DNA from: an uncultured Lachnospiraceae bacterium
GTDB lineage: Bacteria > Bacillota > Clostridia > Lachnospirales > Lachnospiraceae
Direction of reading: 5' to 3'
DNA: 64,000 nt
Assembly: GCA_902760415.1 (NCBI GenBank)
Contig: CACWGK010000003.1
Coordinates: 217 to 64,216, forward strand
Below the pieces are notes generated by a model, which was not told the DNA's origin, made no database searches, and saw only the letters and a list, made by a program, of their open reading frames with translations. A program made the position numbers and the translations under genes. Shown in pieces: positions 1-8,854 of this stretch; the stretch's first letter is position 1; each line of letters opens with the position of its first letter.

Positions 1-270
1 TATCTGGACTGCATCCTGGGCAACTCGATGCACCTTCAAGTCGAAAAATCGGACATGATCAAAAAGATCGTGGACCTGTACGGGATCTCCAAAGAGCAGG
101 CGGTCATGGTAGGAGACCGCAGATTTGACGTTGAGGCCGCCCACAAGGCTGGTGTGGACTGCATAGGCGTGTCGTACGGTTTTGCGCCGGAAGGGGAGCT
201 TGAAAAGGCCGGGGCCGACCATATCGTGGATACGGTCCCCCGGCTTACCGAACAACTGCTTAGTTTATAG
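1..270 (+). CDS. HAD-superfamily hydrolase, C-terminal fragment (5' end outside window)
   Basis: Frame 1 is open from base 1 to TAG 268-270. It contains the HAD C-terminal motif region MVGDRRFDVEAAHKAGVDCIGVSYGF, typical of phosphoglycolate-phosphatase-like HAD enzymes. By hand count it is about 56% GC versus about 40% for the rest of the window. Confidence 0.7.
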   Translation, partial: YLDCILGNSMHLQVEKSDMIKKIVDLYGISKEQAVMVGDRRFDVEAAHKAGVDCIGVSYGFAPEGELEKAGADHIVDTVPRLTEQLLSL

Positions 271-494
271 ATTATGTAAGTGTAAATCAACAGGTTTCGG
301 GTCAGTATAGCGATAACACTACTTCGCAGTATTCACATGAACAGAACGGACTTACCTGGGAGGGTACTCAGGTTCCGTACGATACAGTAGTAAATGAATA
401 CAGCGAACAGGCTTATGAAGGAATAGATAAAGGAAAGTATCCTGGAACAATGTCAAATGTTATAAAGGAATACTTCTCGGGTCTTTCAGATTAG
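264..494 (+). pseudogene. Start-less 3' remnant of a gene preceding the MoxR operon
   Basis: Frame 3 is open from 264 (just after TAG 261-263) to TAG 492-494, 76 codons: ...NQQVSGQYSDNTTSQYSHEQNGLTWEGTQVPYDTVVNEYSEQAYEGIDKGKYPGTMSNVIKEYFSGLSD. There is no ATG/GTG/TTG start or RBS near its 5' end. Composition is host-like, and it abuts the GC-rich HAD gene. Confidence 0.35.
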
Positions 495-505
495 AAATGA
501 TATAA

Positions 506-1444
506 ATGGAGGATAGTAAAGTGGATTATAATCAGGCAGTTGGAGTAATAAATCAGGTAAGAACAGAGATTCATAAGGAAATCATAGGACAGGAGAAGAC
601 AGTAGAGAGTCTTCTGATGGCACTGCTTACTGGAGGAAATGTTCTGCTAGAAGGTATGCCGGGACTTGGAAAGACAAGACTGGTTCAGACTATCAGTCAT
701 GTCTTCAAGATGTCATTTAAGAGAATCCAGTTCACGCCAGATCTTATGCCTGCAGATATAACAGGAACAAATATTATGGTTCGAAATGAGCAAGGCAGCA
801 GCTTCAAGTTCGAAGCAGGACCAATATTTGCAAATGTTGTTCTAGCCGATGAGATAAACAGAGCTACTCCTAAGACACAGTCAGCGCTTCTGGAGGCCAT
901 GCAGGAACATACTGTAACGGTCGGCGATGTGACGTATGCTCTTCCTGATCCATTTTTCGTAATAGCTACCCAGAACCCTATAGAACAGGAAGGAACATAT
1001 CCACTTCCTGAGGCACAGCTGGATAGATTTGCTATGAAGCTTCTTGTGGAGTATCCAACAAAGCAGGAGCTTGCGGCGATAGTTAACCTTACAGAAGGCT
1101 TCGGTGTTCAGCCAGCACAGCCAGTTATTAGTCCAGAGCAGCTTATAGAGATAAGACAAATGATTCAGCAGATTCCTATAGCAGAGCCTGTTATGGACCG
1201 TGCGCTGACACTTGTAATGAATACACATGCTGAGAATAAGTATATCAGAGAAGGCGCGAGTCCTCGTGCGGCGCAGTATATTGTGCGATGCGCAAAGGCG
1301 AGAAGCTTTATGCTAGGACGTCTAAATGTAGCATTTGAGGATATAGACTATGTAGCACCAGCAGTACTACGTCACCGTATTATTACAAGCTTCGATGCTG
1401 TGGCTGACGGAGTGACACCAGATCAGATCATTGCACAGTTATAG
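506..1444 (+). CDS. MoxR-family AAA+ ATPase
   Basis: Walker A LLEGMPGLGKTRL and Walker B VVLADEINRATPKTQSALLEAMQE are typical of the MoxR/RavA subfamily. GGAGG at 508-512 suggests GTG 521 may be the true start. Confidence 0.9.
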   Translation: MEDSKVDYNQAVGVINQVRTEIHKEIIGQEKTVESLLMALLTGGNVLLEGMPGLGKTRLVQTISHVFKMSFKRIQFTPDLMPADITGTNIMVRNEQGSSFKFEAGPIFANVVLADEINRATPKTQSALLEAMQEHTVTVGDVTYALPDPFFVIATQNPIEQEGTYPLPEAQLDRFAMKLLVEYPTKQELAAIVNLTEGFGVQPAQPVISPEQLIEIRQMIQQIPIAEPVMDRALTLVMNTHAENKYIREGASPRAAQYIVRCAKARSFMLGRLNVAFEDIDYVAPAVLRHRIITSFDAVADGVTPDQIIAQL

Positions 1445-1490
1445 AACTTTAAGGTAATTCTAAAGATAGAAAGCTACATTTGAAGATATT

Positions 1491-2369
1491 ATGCAGACCA
1501 TAGATTTAAGAGAACTCGAAAAACTGAATATGCTTAAGCTATCGATTAAACGCAGTTTGTCCCAGGGGGAAGGACTTAGACGTTCTTCCGCCAAGGGACG
1601 TTCTGCGGAGTTTTCGGGTTATCGCGAGTATATCCCGGGGGATGACATGCGATACGTGGATTGGAATGCATTTGCCCGCCTAGATAAGCTCTACATTAAG
1701 GAGTTTATGGAGGAGAAAGAGGGACGGGTAAATATTTATCTTGATACCAGCCGTTCTATGGAGTTTGGCGAGAAGCTTAAGAGTACGCTGATGTCTGAAC
1801 TCACAGAATCTATTAGTTATATAGCTTCCAGTGGGAGAGATAGTGTATTTATAACAGATCTTGCTAATCCTACTTATACATTTAAAGTACCATCAGGTAA
1901 GCAAGGGGTTGGCACCCTTCGGAAATGGCTTGAAGGAATTCATCCTGGAAAGGAAGTAAAAAGCATTAGTCTTAAGGAATCACTTAAGAAAGCTATAAGA
2001 GGTAGAGGTGGACTCGCCTTTGTAATATCAGACTTTATGGATGAAGGATTTCTGGATGCGGAGTCAGATATTCTAAAGCTTTTTGGATATCATGGTATGG
2101 AGGTGATACTGCTTCATGTTATGTCCCGAGAAGAGCTTGAGATAGATGAAGATGGCGCATTTCAACTGGTAGACAGCGAGGAAGAAAGTAAGGAAGTCAG
2201 ACTGACATTAGATAAATATTCAATCAGAGATTATAAGAAAACTCTTGAGAAATATATGCGAGATATTGAAGATAAGGCTCGTGCGGCGGGTGGAAAGTAC
2301 GTACTATGTTCCACAGGAGAAAGTATATCTAAGCTTATCTTTGAATCTATGAGAGATGTATTTTTATGA
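1491..2369 (+). CDS. DUF58 domain protein (MoxR-associated)
   Basis: It has the characteristic DUF58 core GYREYIPGDDMRYVDWNAFARLDKLYIKEF. It sits immediately downstream of MoxR, as in Bat-type operons. Confidence 0.85.
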   Translation: MQTIDLRELEKLNMLKLSIKRSLSQGEGLRRSSAKGRSAEFSGYREYIPGDDMRYVDWNAFARLDKLYIKEFMEEKEGRVNIYLDTSRSMEFGEKLKSTLMSELTESISYIASSGRDSVFITDLANPTYTFKVPSGKQGVGTLRKWLEGIHPGKEVKSISLKESLKKAIRGRGGLAFVISDFMDEGFLDAESDILKLFGYHGMEVILLHVMSREELEIDEDGAFQLVDSEEESKEVRLTLDKYSIRDYKKTLEKYMRDIEDKARAAGGKYVLCSTGESISKLIFESMRDVFL

Positions 2370-2377
2370 GGTAGAAG

Positions 2378-5300
2378 ATGACATTTGCAAGTCTTCTCCC
2401 ACTGATCGCTTTGGTGGGAGTACCGATCATCATAATACTATATCTAATGAAACCTAAGGGGGTACGAAAAGTAGTGCCCTCTGTTTTGCTGTGGAAAAAT
2501 GCAGAACGTAACGAGAGGAGTACCACATTTTCTAAGAAGCTTATCAAGAATATCCTGATGTTTATAGAGATAATGGCGCTTCTTTTCCTCATGCTCGCGG
2601 CAATGTCTCCAGCTATTAAGAGAAATGTATCTGGCAGCAGCAAGAGTACGATACTTGTTATAGATACTACAGGAAGTATGCAATTTGAGGATGAGGGCTC
2701 TGGCAGTAGATTCGAGGAAGCTATAAGAGATGCAAAGGACTTTGTTGAGACTTCCTCTGGCGAGGTGTCCATCATAACCTGTGGTGAGAGCGTAGAAGTA
2801 CTTGCTAATAAGAGCCGCGATAAGCAGAAGATGAAGAGACTTTTGTCGGGCATTGAACCAACTGATGCATCGGGAGATATCCGTGATGCTGAGGGTATTA
2901 TGGAATCCCTTGAGTGCGAGGATATTATAGTATTTACCGATGGAAATGGAGCGGCAGGCCTTAAGGATCTTACAAGCAAGCTTTCTCTTGATATTAAGGT
3001 GTATGGTAAGCCATCTGCAAATGCAGGACTTACACAGGTGTCAATGAAGAAGAATGAAGAAGGTCTCTATGATATAGCCGTTGGTTATCAGACGAAGGGT
3101 ATAAAGACAGCTTCATTTGATATATCTCTCTATGATGCAGAGGGAAATCTTCTGGATGTTAGAAACATCAGTCTTACTGAAGATAGTAGTAATACGATAC
3201 TAAGTCTTGGCAAAGATGTTAAGGGTGAATATGTTAGAGCCGAGCTTACAGGCTATGGCGAGGATGCATTATCTAGGGATAATGTTGCATATGCTGTGAA
3301 GACTGATAGTAGTCTTGCAGCGTCTTACTTTGTAGGAGCTGGTAATACTTTCTACGAGAAGGCTTATCAGGCTGTGGCAGGTGAAAGTATAGTAAAGGTA
3401 ACATCTGACAGTGATGTTCCAGATGAAGAAAAAAATGTACTTATATATGATAAGGCTGAACTGGTTAATAAGAATAAGAATCGTCTAGTTCAGGGCTATC
3501 ACCCAAAGGATGCTAAGGAAGTAAAGGGTGCTATAGTTACGGTAATAACAGGTGACCTTATAAAGGATATGTCTAATTATACATTTGGCGCTTCAAACCT
3601 GTATATTTTAGACTGTCCATCCTGGGCTGAACCTTTGATGGTGATTAATCAAGGCTCTGAAGATGAGGCTGTTGTTGCTTATTACGGTGAAGAGAATGGA
3701 GTTCGTCAGGTTGTTCTTGGCTTTGATATCAGAGATTCTGAGTATCCACTTATGGCAGAGTTTCCTATATTTATAGCTGATGCCCTGGAGTATCTTACAG
3801 ACGAGAGTCTTGTCAGAGAGAAGTATATACTGGCGGGAGAGGAACTGACTCTAAGTCCTTCAGTTAGTAGCAATATGAAACTAACTAGTGCTAGCGGCGG
3901 AACTTCGAATCTGGAGGTGGCTGGACTAAGTAAGCTGGAGGATGGCGATAAGAAGGAATACTTTGTTACAAGATATCCTTCCTCTGAGGGAGATGGCTCT
4001 CAGGATATCCAGTCTATGAGCTATATCCAGCAGGCCGATTACGGTATAAAGTTTGGCTCTCTTAAGAAGATATGCCTTGTTATAGCACTTATCCTGATCA
4101 TTCTCGACTGGGTTATCTATATCAGAAGGCGAATGCATGTTAAGAAACCAGAACTTATATGGAGAATAGCTCTTACAGTGCTGGTTCTTCTATCTATTAT
4201 AGGTGTAAATCTACCTGGGCGTAAGCATAAGACTACAACCATATTCCTGGTAGATATGTCTGACAGTAATATCGCAAATCTTCAGGAAGAAGAAAGTTAT
4301 ATAAGGGAGCAGATTGAACTGCTTCCTGCAGGAGAAAGCTACGGAATAGTAACATTTGGCCGAAATGCTGTAACTGAGCAGTTTGTTAATAATGAAAAGG
4401 ATTACTATGGCATCGCCACAAATCCTGATCGCACAGCCACAAATATTGAGGATGCGGCTGAATATGCAATCTCTCTTATTCCTGATAATCGTCTCGGAAG
4501 AATCGTTGTATTAACTGACGGTAAGGAGACTGTCGGCGATATTAGTGCTGTAAAGGATAAGCTGGAGAAGAATGATGTAGAAATCTGTGGCCTTCTCTAC
4601 GAAGCAGAATATGGAAATGATATCTATATCCAGAACGTTGATATGCCAGATAAGCTTGCTACCGGGGATGCATATAATATCAAGGTTACTGTGTATAGTA
4701 CTTATGAGACAAATGCTACGCTTAAGCTCTGGGATGATAGTGAGCTTGAAGATGAGACCAAGGTTAAACTCTCAAAGGGAGAGAATACATTTGTCCTTAA
4801 CTGCGTAGCAGGGGATGACAGTATAGAGCAAAAGAATGTAACTATCGAGGCGGATGGGGATACAGTGCTGGAGAATAACAGCATGGTTACGGCGTCCCTC
4901 GTTGATTCACCAGAGAAGATACTTCTGGTATCTGGTATAAAGGAAGATAGTTCGGGACTAGAGAATATCCTGAAGTCGCTGAATAAAGATGTTACTACAG
5001 TATCAGCACTGAGTGCACCAAAGGATATAACAGGTGTTCTTAAATATCAGACAATCATTTTAGATGACTGTCATATAAATGATCTTCCAGAAGAGTTTCC
5101 GCAGCTGCTTCAGACATTTGTAAGAGATTATGGCGGTGGACTTATTACGACAGGTGGTAAGGAAAGCTACGCGCCGGGTGGATATAAGGATACTATTCTA
5201 GAAGATATCCTTCCTGTAGATATGACGCCAAAGGGGGTTGATGAGGCTCCGTCTCTTGCAATGGCTATGGTTATAGACTGTTCAGGTTCTATGGATTCTG

Positions 5301-6883
5301 CAGGTTATGATCCTGTGACTGGTCAGAATATGGGAGGTCGTAAGAAGATTGATGTAGCTGTTGATGCAGCTAAGGAAGCTGTAGATGCGCTTAATAGAAG
5401 TGATTATGTGGGCGTTGTTGCATTTAGTGATGACTTTAACTGGGTTCAGTCGATTGTTCTCGCGGAAGATAAGGAAGCGATAAAAGGTAAGATAGAAACG
5501 CTTGGCATAATGGGCGGTACAGTTATAAAGCCAGCGGTTATCGATGCGGCTAAGTCGCTCACCTCAGTAGATGCAGGAGTTAAACATATAATCCTTCTAA
5601 CAGATGGCGAAGGTGAAACCACAGATTTCAGTGATGCTATAGAGCTAATAAATGATAATAACATTACTCTCTCTACTGTTGCAGTAGGATCGGATTCAGA
5701 TACTAAGCTGCTGGAGAAACTGGCAGAAGAGTGTAATGGACGATATTACTTTTCAGATTCATCATCAGATGTACCTAAGATATTTGCGGAAGAGGTATAT
5801 CTGTCAGGAACAGCATATTATAAAAATGGAGACTTTTCCCTGTATACTAGCAACTCAAATCTAGTATCCGGTCTCTACGAGGACGGTATATCTAACATTA
5901 CCGGTTATATAGCTACGTCTACAAAGAGTGGAGCGCGCGAAGTCATCACTACAAGTGAGGATGATCCACTGCTATCTAGCTGGCAGTATGGTCTGGGACA
6001 CAGCGTTGCCTGGATGACAAATGCGTCTGGAGACTGGAACGCCTCTCTCGCTTCTCAGCAGGATTATCTGGAAATGTGGAAAAGAATGCTGGATTATACA
6101 AGCATGGATAATGAGCTGGGTAAGGATGCGGTTTCTGTGTACAAGAGACGAGGCAAGATAGAGATAAGTTACTCGGCAAGTGAATATTCGGAAGACACAT
6201 CAGTAGTAGGAGTCTGTACTTCTCCATCTGGAGTTACAGAGGAGCTGGCACTTGAACCATCAGATCCAGGTAACTATACTGCTAGCTTCGAACCAAAAGA
6301 AATGGGAGTTTATATCATTAATATTCGCCGAAAAGAAGGGGAGGATACGGTCGCATCAACCACAGCCCTGGAAACTCTTGAGTTTTCTGATGAATATAGA
6401 CGAGATCTGTCAAATGCAAACTTCATAAGCTTTATAGAAAATAATGGAAGAATGCTGGAGACAGGCACAAAGCTATATACAAAGGTGAAGGGCGTAAATC
6501 AGAATAAGAGAGATATTACAGATATAATCATTATCCTATCTATTGTAATGCTTCTTATAGATATAGTGATCAGACGATTTGATCTCAGTCGTAGGCTCGT
6601 AAGTCTTGGCTCTTCAGGCGTACACGAAAAACCTAAGAAAAATGATATAAAACAATCGAAGGTTATCAAACCTGAGGCAGTGAGCGTGGAGGCTTCTCAG
6701 TCAGTAGTGAACCAGAATGTAAATGGGGTTCAGACTACTGATTCATATGCAGGCACACCGGTAGAACAAGAAGTTCTAGGTAAGAAGCATAGAAAGAAAA
6801 AGAATAAGCCGAAAGAGGAGCCGCAGTCAGAAGGCCTTGATATGGCAACTCTGCTCCAGAAGAAAAAAGACCGTAATCTATAG
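2378..6883 (+). CDS. Giant (1501 aa) membrane protein: BatA-type N-terminal double-TM domain plus three VWA domains
   Basis: The N-terminus LPLIALVGVPIIIILYLMKPKG...VPSVLLW is the aerotolerance-type N-terminal domain. There are three MIDAS-like starts (ILVIDTTGSM, IFLVDMSDSN, AMVIDCSGSMD), internal and C-terminal TM helices, and a Lys-rich tail. Confidence 0.8.
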   Translation: MTFASLLPLIALVGVPIIIILYLMKPKGVRKVVPSVLLWKNAERNERSTTFSKKLIKNILMFIEIMALLFLMLAAMSPAIKRNVSGSSKSTILVIDTTGSMQFEDEGSGSRFEEAIRDAKDFVETSSGEVSIITCGESVEVLANKSRDKQKMKRLLSGIEPTDASGDIRDAEGIMESLECEDIIVFTDGNGAAGLKDLTSKLSLDIKVYGKPSANAGLTQVSMKKNEEGLYDIAVGYQTKGIKTASFDISLYDAEGNLLDVRNISLTEDSSNTILSLGKDVKGEYVRAELTGYGEDALSRDNVAYAVKTDSSLAASYFVGAGNTFYEKAYQAVAGESIVKVTSDSDVPDEEKNVLIYDKAELVNKNKNRLVQGYHPKDAKEVKGAIVTVITGDLIKDMSNYTFGASNLYILDCPSWAEPLMVINQGSEDEAVVAYYGEENGVRQVVLGFDIRDSEYPLMAEFPIFIADALEYLTDESLVREKYILAGEELTLSPSVSSNMKLTSASGGTSNLEVAGLSKLEDGDKKEYFVTRYPSSEGDGSQDIQSMSYIQQADYGIKFGSLKKICLVIALILIILDWVIYIRRRMHVKKPELIWRIALTVLVLLSIIGVNLPGRKHKTTTIFLVDMSDSNIANLQEEESYIREQIELLPAGESYGIVTFGRNAVTEQFVNNEKDYYGIATNPDRTATNIEDAAEYAISLIPDNRLGRIVVLTDGKETVGDISAVKDKLEKNDVEICGLLYEAEYGNDIYIQNVDMPDKLATGDAYNIKVTVYSTYETNATLKLWDDSELEDETKVKLSKGENTFVLNCVAGDDSIEQKNVTIEADGDTVLENNSMVTASLVDSPEKILLVSGIKEDSSGLENILKSLNKDVTTVSALSAPKDITGVLKYQTIILDDCHINDLPEEFPQLLQTFVRDYGGGLITTGGKESYAPGGYKDTILEDILPVDMTPKGVDEAPSLAMAMVIDCSGSMDSAGYDPVTGQNMGGRKKIDVAVDAAKEAVDALNRSDYVGVVAFSDDFNWVQSIVLAEDKEAIKGKIETLGIMGGTVIKPAVIDAAKSLTSVDAGVKHIILLTDGEGETTDFSDAIELINDNNITLSTVAVGSDSDTKLLEKLAEECNGRYYFSDSSSDVPKIFAEEVYLSGTAYYKNGDFSLYTSNSNLVSGLYEDGISNITGYIATSTKSGAREVITTSEDDPLLSSWQYGLGHSVAWMTNASGDWNASLASQQDYLEMWKRMLDYTSMDNELGKDAVSVYKRRGKIEISYSASEYSEDTSVVGVCTSPSGVTEELALEPSDPGNYTASFEPKEMGVYIINIRRKEGEDTVASTTALETLEFSDEYRRDLSNANFISFIENNGRMLETGTKLYTKVKGVNQNKRDITDIIIILSIVMLLIDIVIRRFDLSRRLVSLGSSGVHEKPKKNDIKQSKVIKPEAVSVEASQSVVNQNVNGVQTTDSYAGTPVEQEVLGKKHRKKKNKPKEEPQSEGLDMATLLQKKKDRNL

Positions 6884-7020
6884 AAAAGGTTTAAAAAAGT
6901 ATAAAATAAGGCTAAAAAAAGATTACTATTTAGATATAATATATGTTATTATATAAAACAGCGTTAATTTAGAAATTGACTAAATTAATTCCTACCACAA
7001 TTTTTTATAAGGAGGATCAT

Positions 7021-7713
7021 ATGATTTACTCAACAGAAGTTAAGAACATGTGCCCTGTTACTCAGGGAGTACATCATGGTGCTGCCCCTATTCCAGAGGA
7101 AGCAAAATGGGTACAGGCAAAAAAGGTTGAGGATATATCAGGCTATACACACGGTATTGGCTGGTGTGCACCTCAGCAGGGATGCTGCAAGCTTTCCCTT
7201 AATGTAAAGGATGGTATCATCCAGGAAGCTTTAGTAGAGACAGTTGGTTGTTCAGGTATGACTCATTCAGCAGCTATGGCAGCTGAAATCCTTCCAGGAC
7301 TTACAGTTATGGAAGCACTTAATACTGACCTTGTATGTGACGCTATTAACACAGCTATGAGAGAGCTGTTCCTTCAGATCGTTTACGGAAGAACTCAGAG
7401 TGCATTCTCAGAGGACGGACTTCAGATCGGTGCTGGTCTTGAGGACCTTGGTAAGGGAGCTCGTTCAATGGTTGGTACAACATACGGTACACTTGACAAG
7501 GGTCCACGTTACCTTGAACTTACAGATGGATATATTACAGACATTGCTCTTGATGAGAACGATGAAATCATCGGTTATAAGTACATCAACTTTGGTAAGA
7601 TGATGGACTTCATCAAGGCTGGTGACGATGCTAATACAGCTATCAAGAAGGCAGCTGGTCAGTATGGCCGTGTTGCTGATGCAGTTAGATGTATAGATCC
7701 AAGAAAGCAGTAA
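7021..7713 (+). CDS. NifU/IscU-like Fe-S scaffold-domain protein, partner of GGGtGRT protein
   Basis: Strong RBS AAGGAGGA at 7010-7017 precedes ATG 7021; the track ORF starts earlier at 6976. The Cys pattern GWCAPQQGCC ... VGCSGMTHSAAMAAE resembles the IscU/NifU N-terminal domain. Confidence 0.6.
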   Translation: MIYSTEVKNMCPVTQGVHHGAAPIPEEAKWVQAKKVEDISGYTHGIGWCAPQQGCCKLSLNVKDGIIQEALVETVGCSGMTHSAAMAAEILPGLTVMEALNTDLVCDAINTAMRELFLQIVYGRTQSAFSEDGLQIGAGLEDLGKGARSMVGTTYGTLDKGPRYLELTDGYITDIALDENDEIIGYKYINFGKMMDFIKAGDDANTAIKKAAGQYGRVADAVRCIDPRKQ

Positions 7714-7729
7714 GAAGGAGGGTAATAAA

Positions 7730-8749
7730 ATGGCATTATTTGAATCATATGAAAGAAGAGAGCCTCAGATCCTTGCTGCACTTAAGGAGTATGGCATCTC
7801 ATCTATAGAAGAGTGTAAAGAAATCACAGATGCAGCTGGTATCGATGTATATAACCTCATCGAAGGTATCCAGCCTATCTGTTTTGAGAACGCTAAGTGG
7901 GCTTACACAGTAGGTGCTGCTATAGCTATCAAGAAGGGCTGCAGAAAGGCAGCAGATGCTGCTGCAGCAATCGGTATCGGACTTCAGGCATTCTGTATTC
8001 CTGGATCTGTTGCTGATAGACGTAAGGTTGGTCTTGGACATGGTAACCTTGGTAAGATGCTTCTTGAGGAAGATACAGAGTGCTTCGCATTCCTTGCAGG
8101 TCATGAGTCATTTGCTGCTGCAGAGGGTGCTATCGGTATCGCTGAGAAGGCTAATAAGGTTCGCCAGAAGCCACTTAGAGTTATCCTTAACGGTCTTGGT
8201 AAGGATGCTGCTCAGATCATCTCACGTATCAATGGTTTCACATATGTAGAGACAAAGTACAACTACTTCACAGGAGAAGTTGAGGAAGTATTTAGAAAGT
8301 GCTACTCAAAGGATCCTGAGTCACCACGTGCAAAGGTTAACTGCTACGGCGCTAACGATGTACAGGAAGGTGTTGCTATCATGTGGAAGGAGAATGTTGA
8401 TGTATCTATCACAGGTAACTCAACAAACCCTACAAGATTCCAGCATCCAGTTGCAGGTACATACAAGAAGGAGCGTATAGAGGCTGGTAAGAAGTACTTC
8501 TCAGTAGCTTCAGGTGGTGGTACAGGACGTACACTTCACCCAGATAACATGGCTGCAGGTCCTGCTTCATACGGTATGACAGATACTATGGGACGTATGC
8601 ACAGTGATGCACAGTTCGCTGGTTCTTCATCAGTTCCTGCTCATGTTGAGATGATGGGTCTCATCGGTGCTGGTAACAACCCAATGGTTGGTATGACAGT
8701 TTCTACAGCAGTATCTATCGAAGAGGCTGCAAAGGCAGGTAAGTTCTAA
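7730..8749 (+). CDS. GGGtGRT family protein (function unknown)
   Basis: It contains the family-naming signature ASGGGTGRTLHPDNMAAGPASYGMTDTMGRMHSDAQFAGSS. It lies 16 nt after the NifU-like gene with RBS GAAGGAGGG. Confidence 0.8.
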   Translation: MALFESYERREPQILAALKEYGISSIEECKEITDAAGIDVYNLIEGIQPICFENAKWAYTVGAAIAIKKGCRKAADAAAAIGIGLQAFCIPGSVADRRKVGLGHGNLGKMLLEEDTECFAFLAGHESFAAAEGAIGIAEKANKVRQKPLRVILNGLGKDAAQIISRINGFTYVETKYNYFTGEVEEVFRKCYSKDPESPRAKVNCYGANDVQEGVAIMWKENVDVSITGNSTNPTRFQHPVAGTYKKERIEAGKKYFSVASGGGTGRTLHPDNMAAGPASYGMTDTMGRMHSDAQFAGSSSVPAHVEMMGLIGAGNNPMVGMTVSTAVSIEEAAKAGKF

Positions 8750-8797
8750 TATTTTATTAGAATACTTTATCGGTATAGATATAACTGATTAGAGTGA

Positions 8798-8838
8798 TAA
8801 ATGAGTCAATAGGATACCTATTGGCTCATTTTTTTTAT
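8798..8838 (+). terminator. Rho-independent terminator of the GGGtGRT operon
   Basis: Stem AAATGAGTCAATAGG / CCTATTGGCTCATTT (one G-U pair), a 3-nt loop, then a run of 8 T. Confidence 0.8.
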
Positions 8839-8854
8839 ATAAAAATATACTGAA

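Noticed and set aside
2347-2979. 210-aa ORF on the - strand inside the VWA gene. There are similar long antisense ORFs at 14335-15087, 56426-57067, 61401-61883 and 17491-17952.
   Set aside because: All lie fully antisense to genes with clear family motifs. Their translations are low-complexity (S/I/L/F-rich) with no recognisable motifs or RBS. They are typical shadow ORFs of repetitive or codon-biased coding sequence.
8798-8838. The terminator begins with AAATGAGTCA, like the repeat family terminus.
   Set aside because: Only the first 10 nt are shared. The stem partner is its own complement (CCTATTGGCTCATTT) and the ACGTC-GACGT core is absent. I treat it as an ordinary terminator, though a very degenerate relative cannot be excluded.
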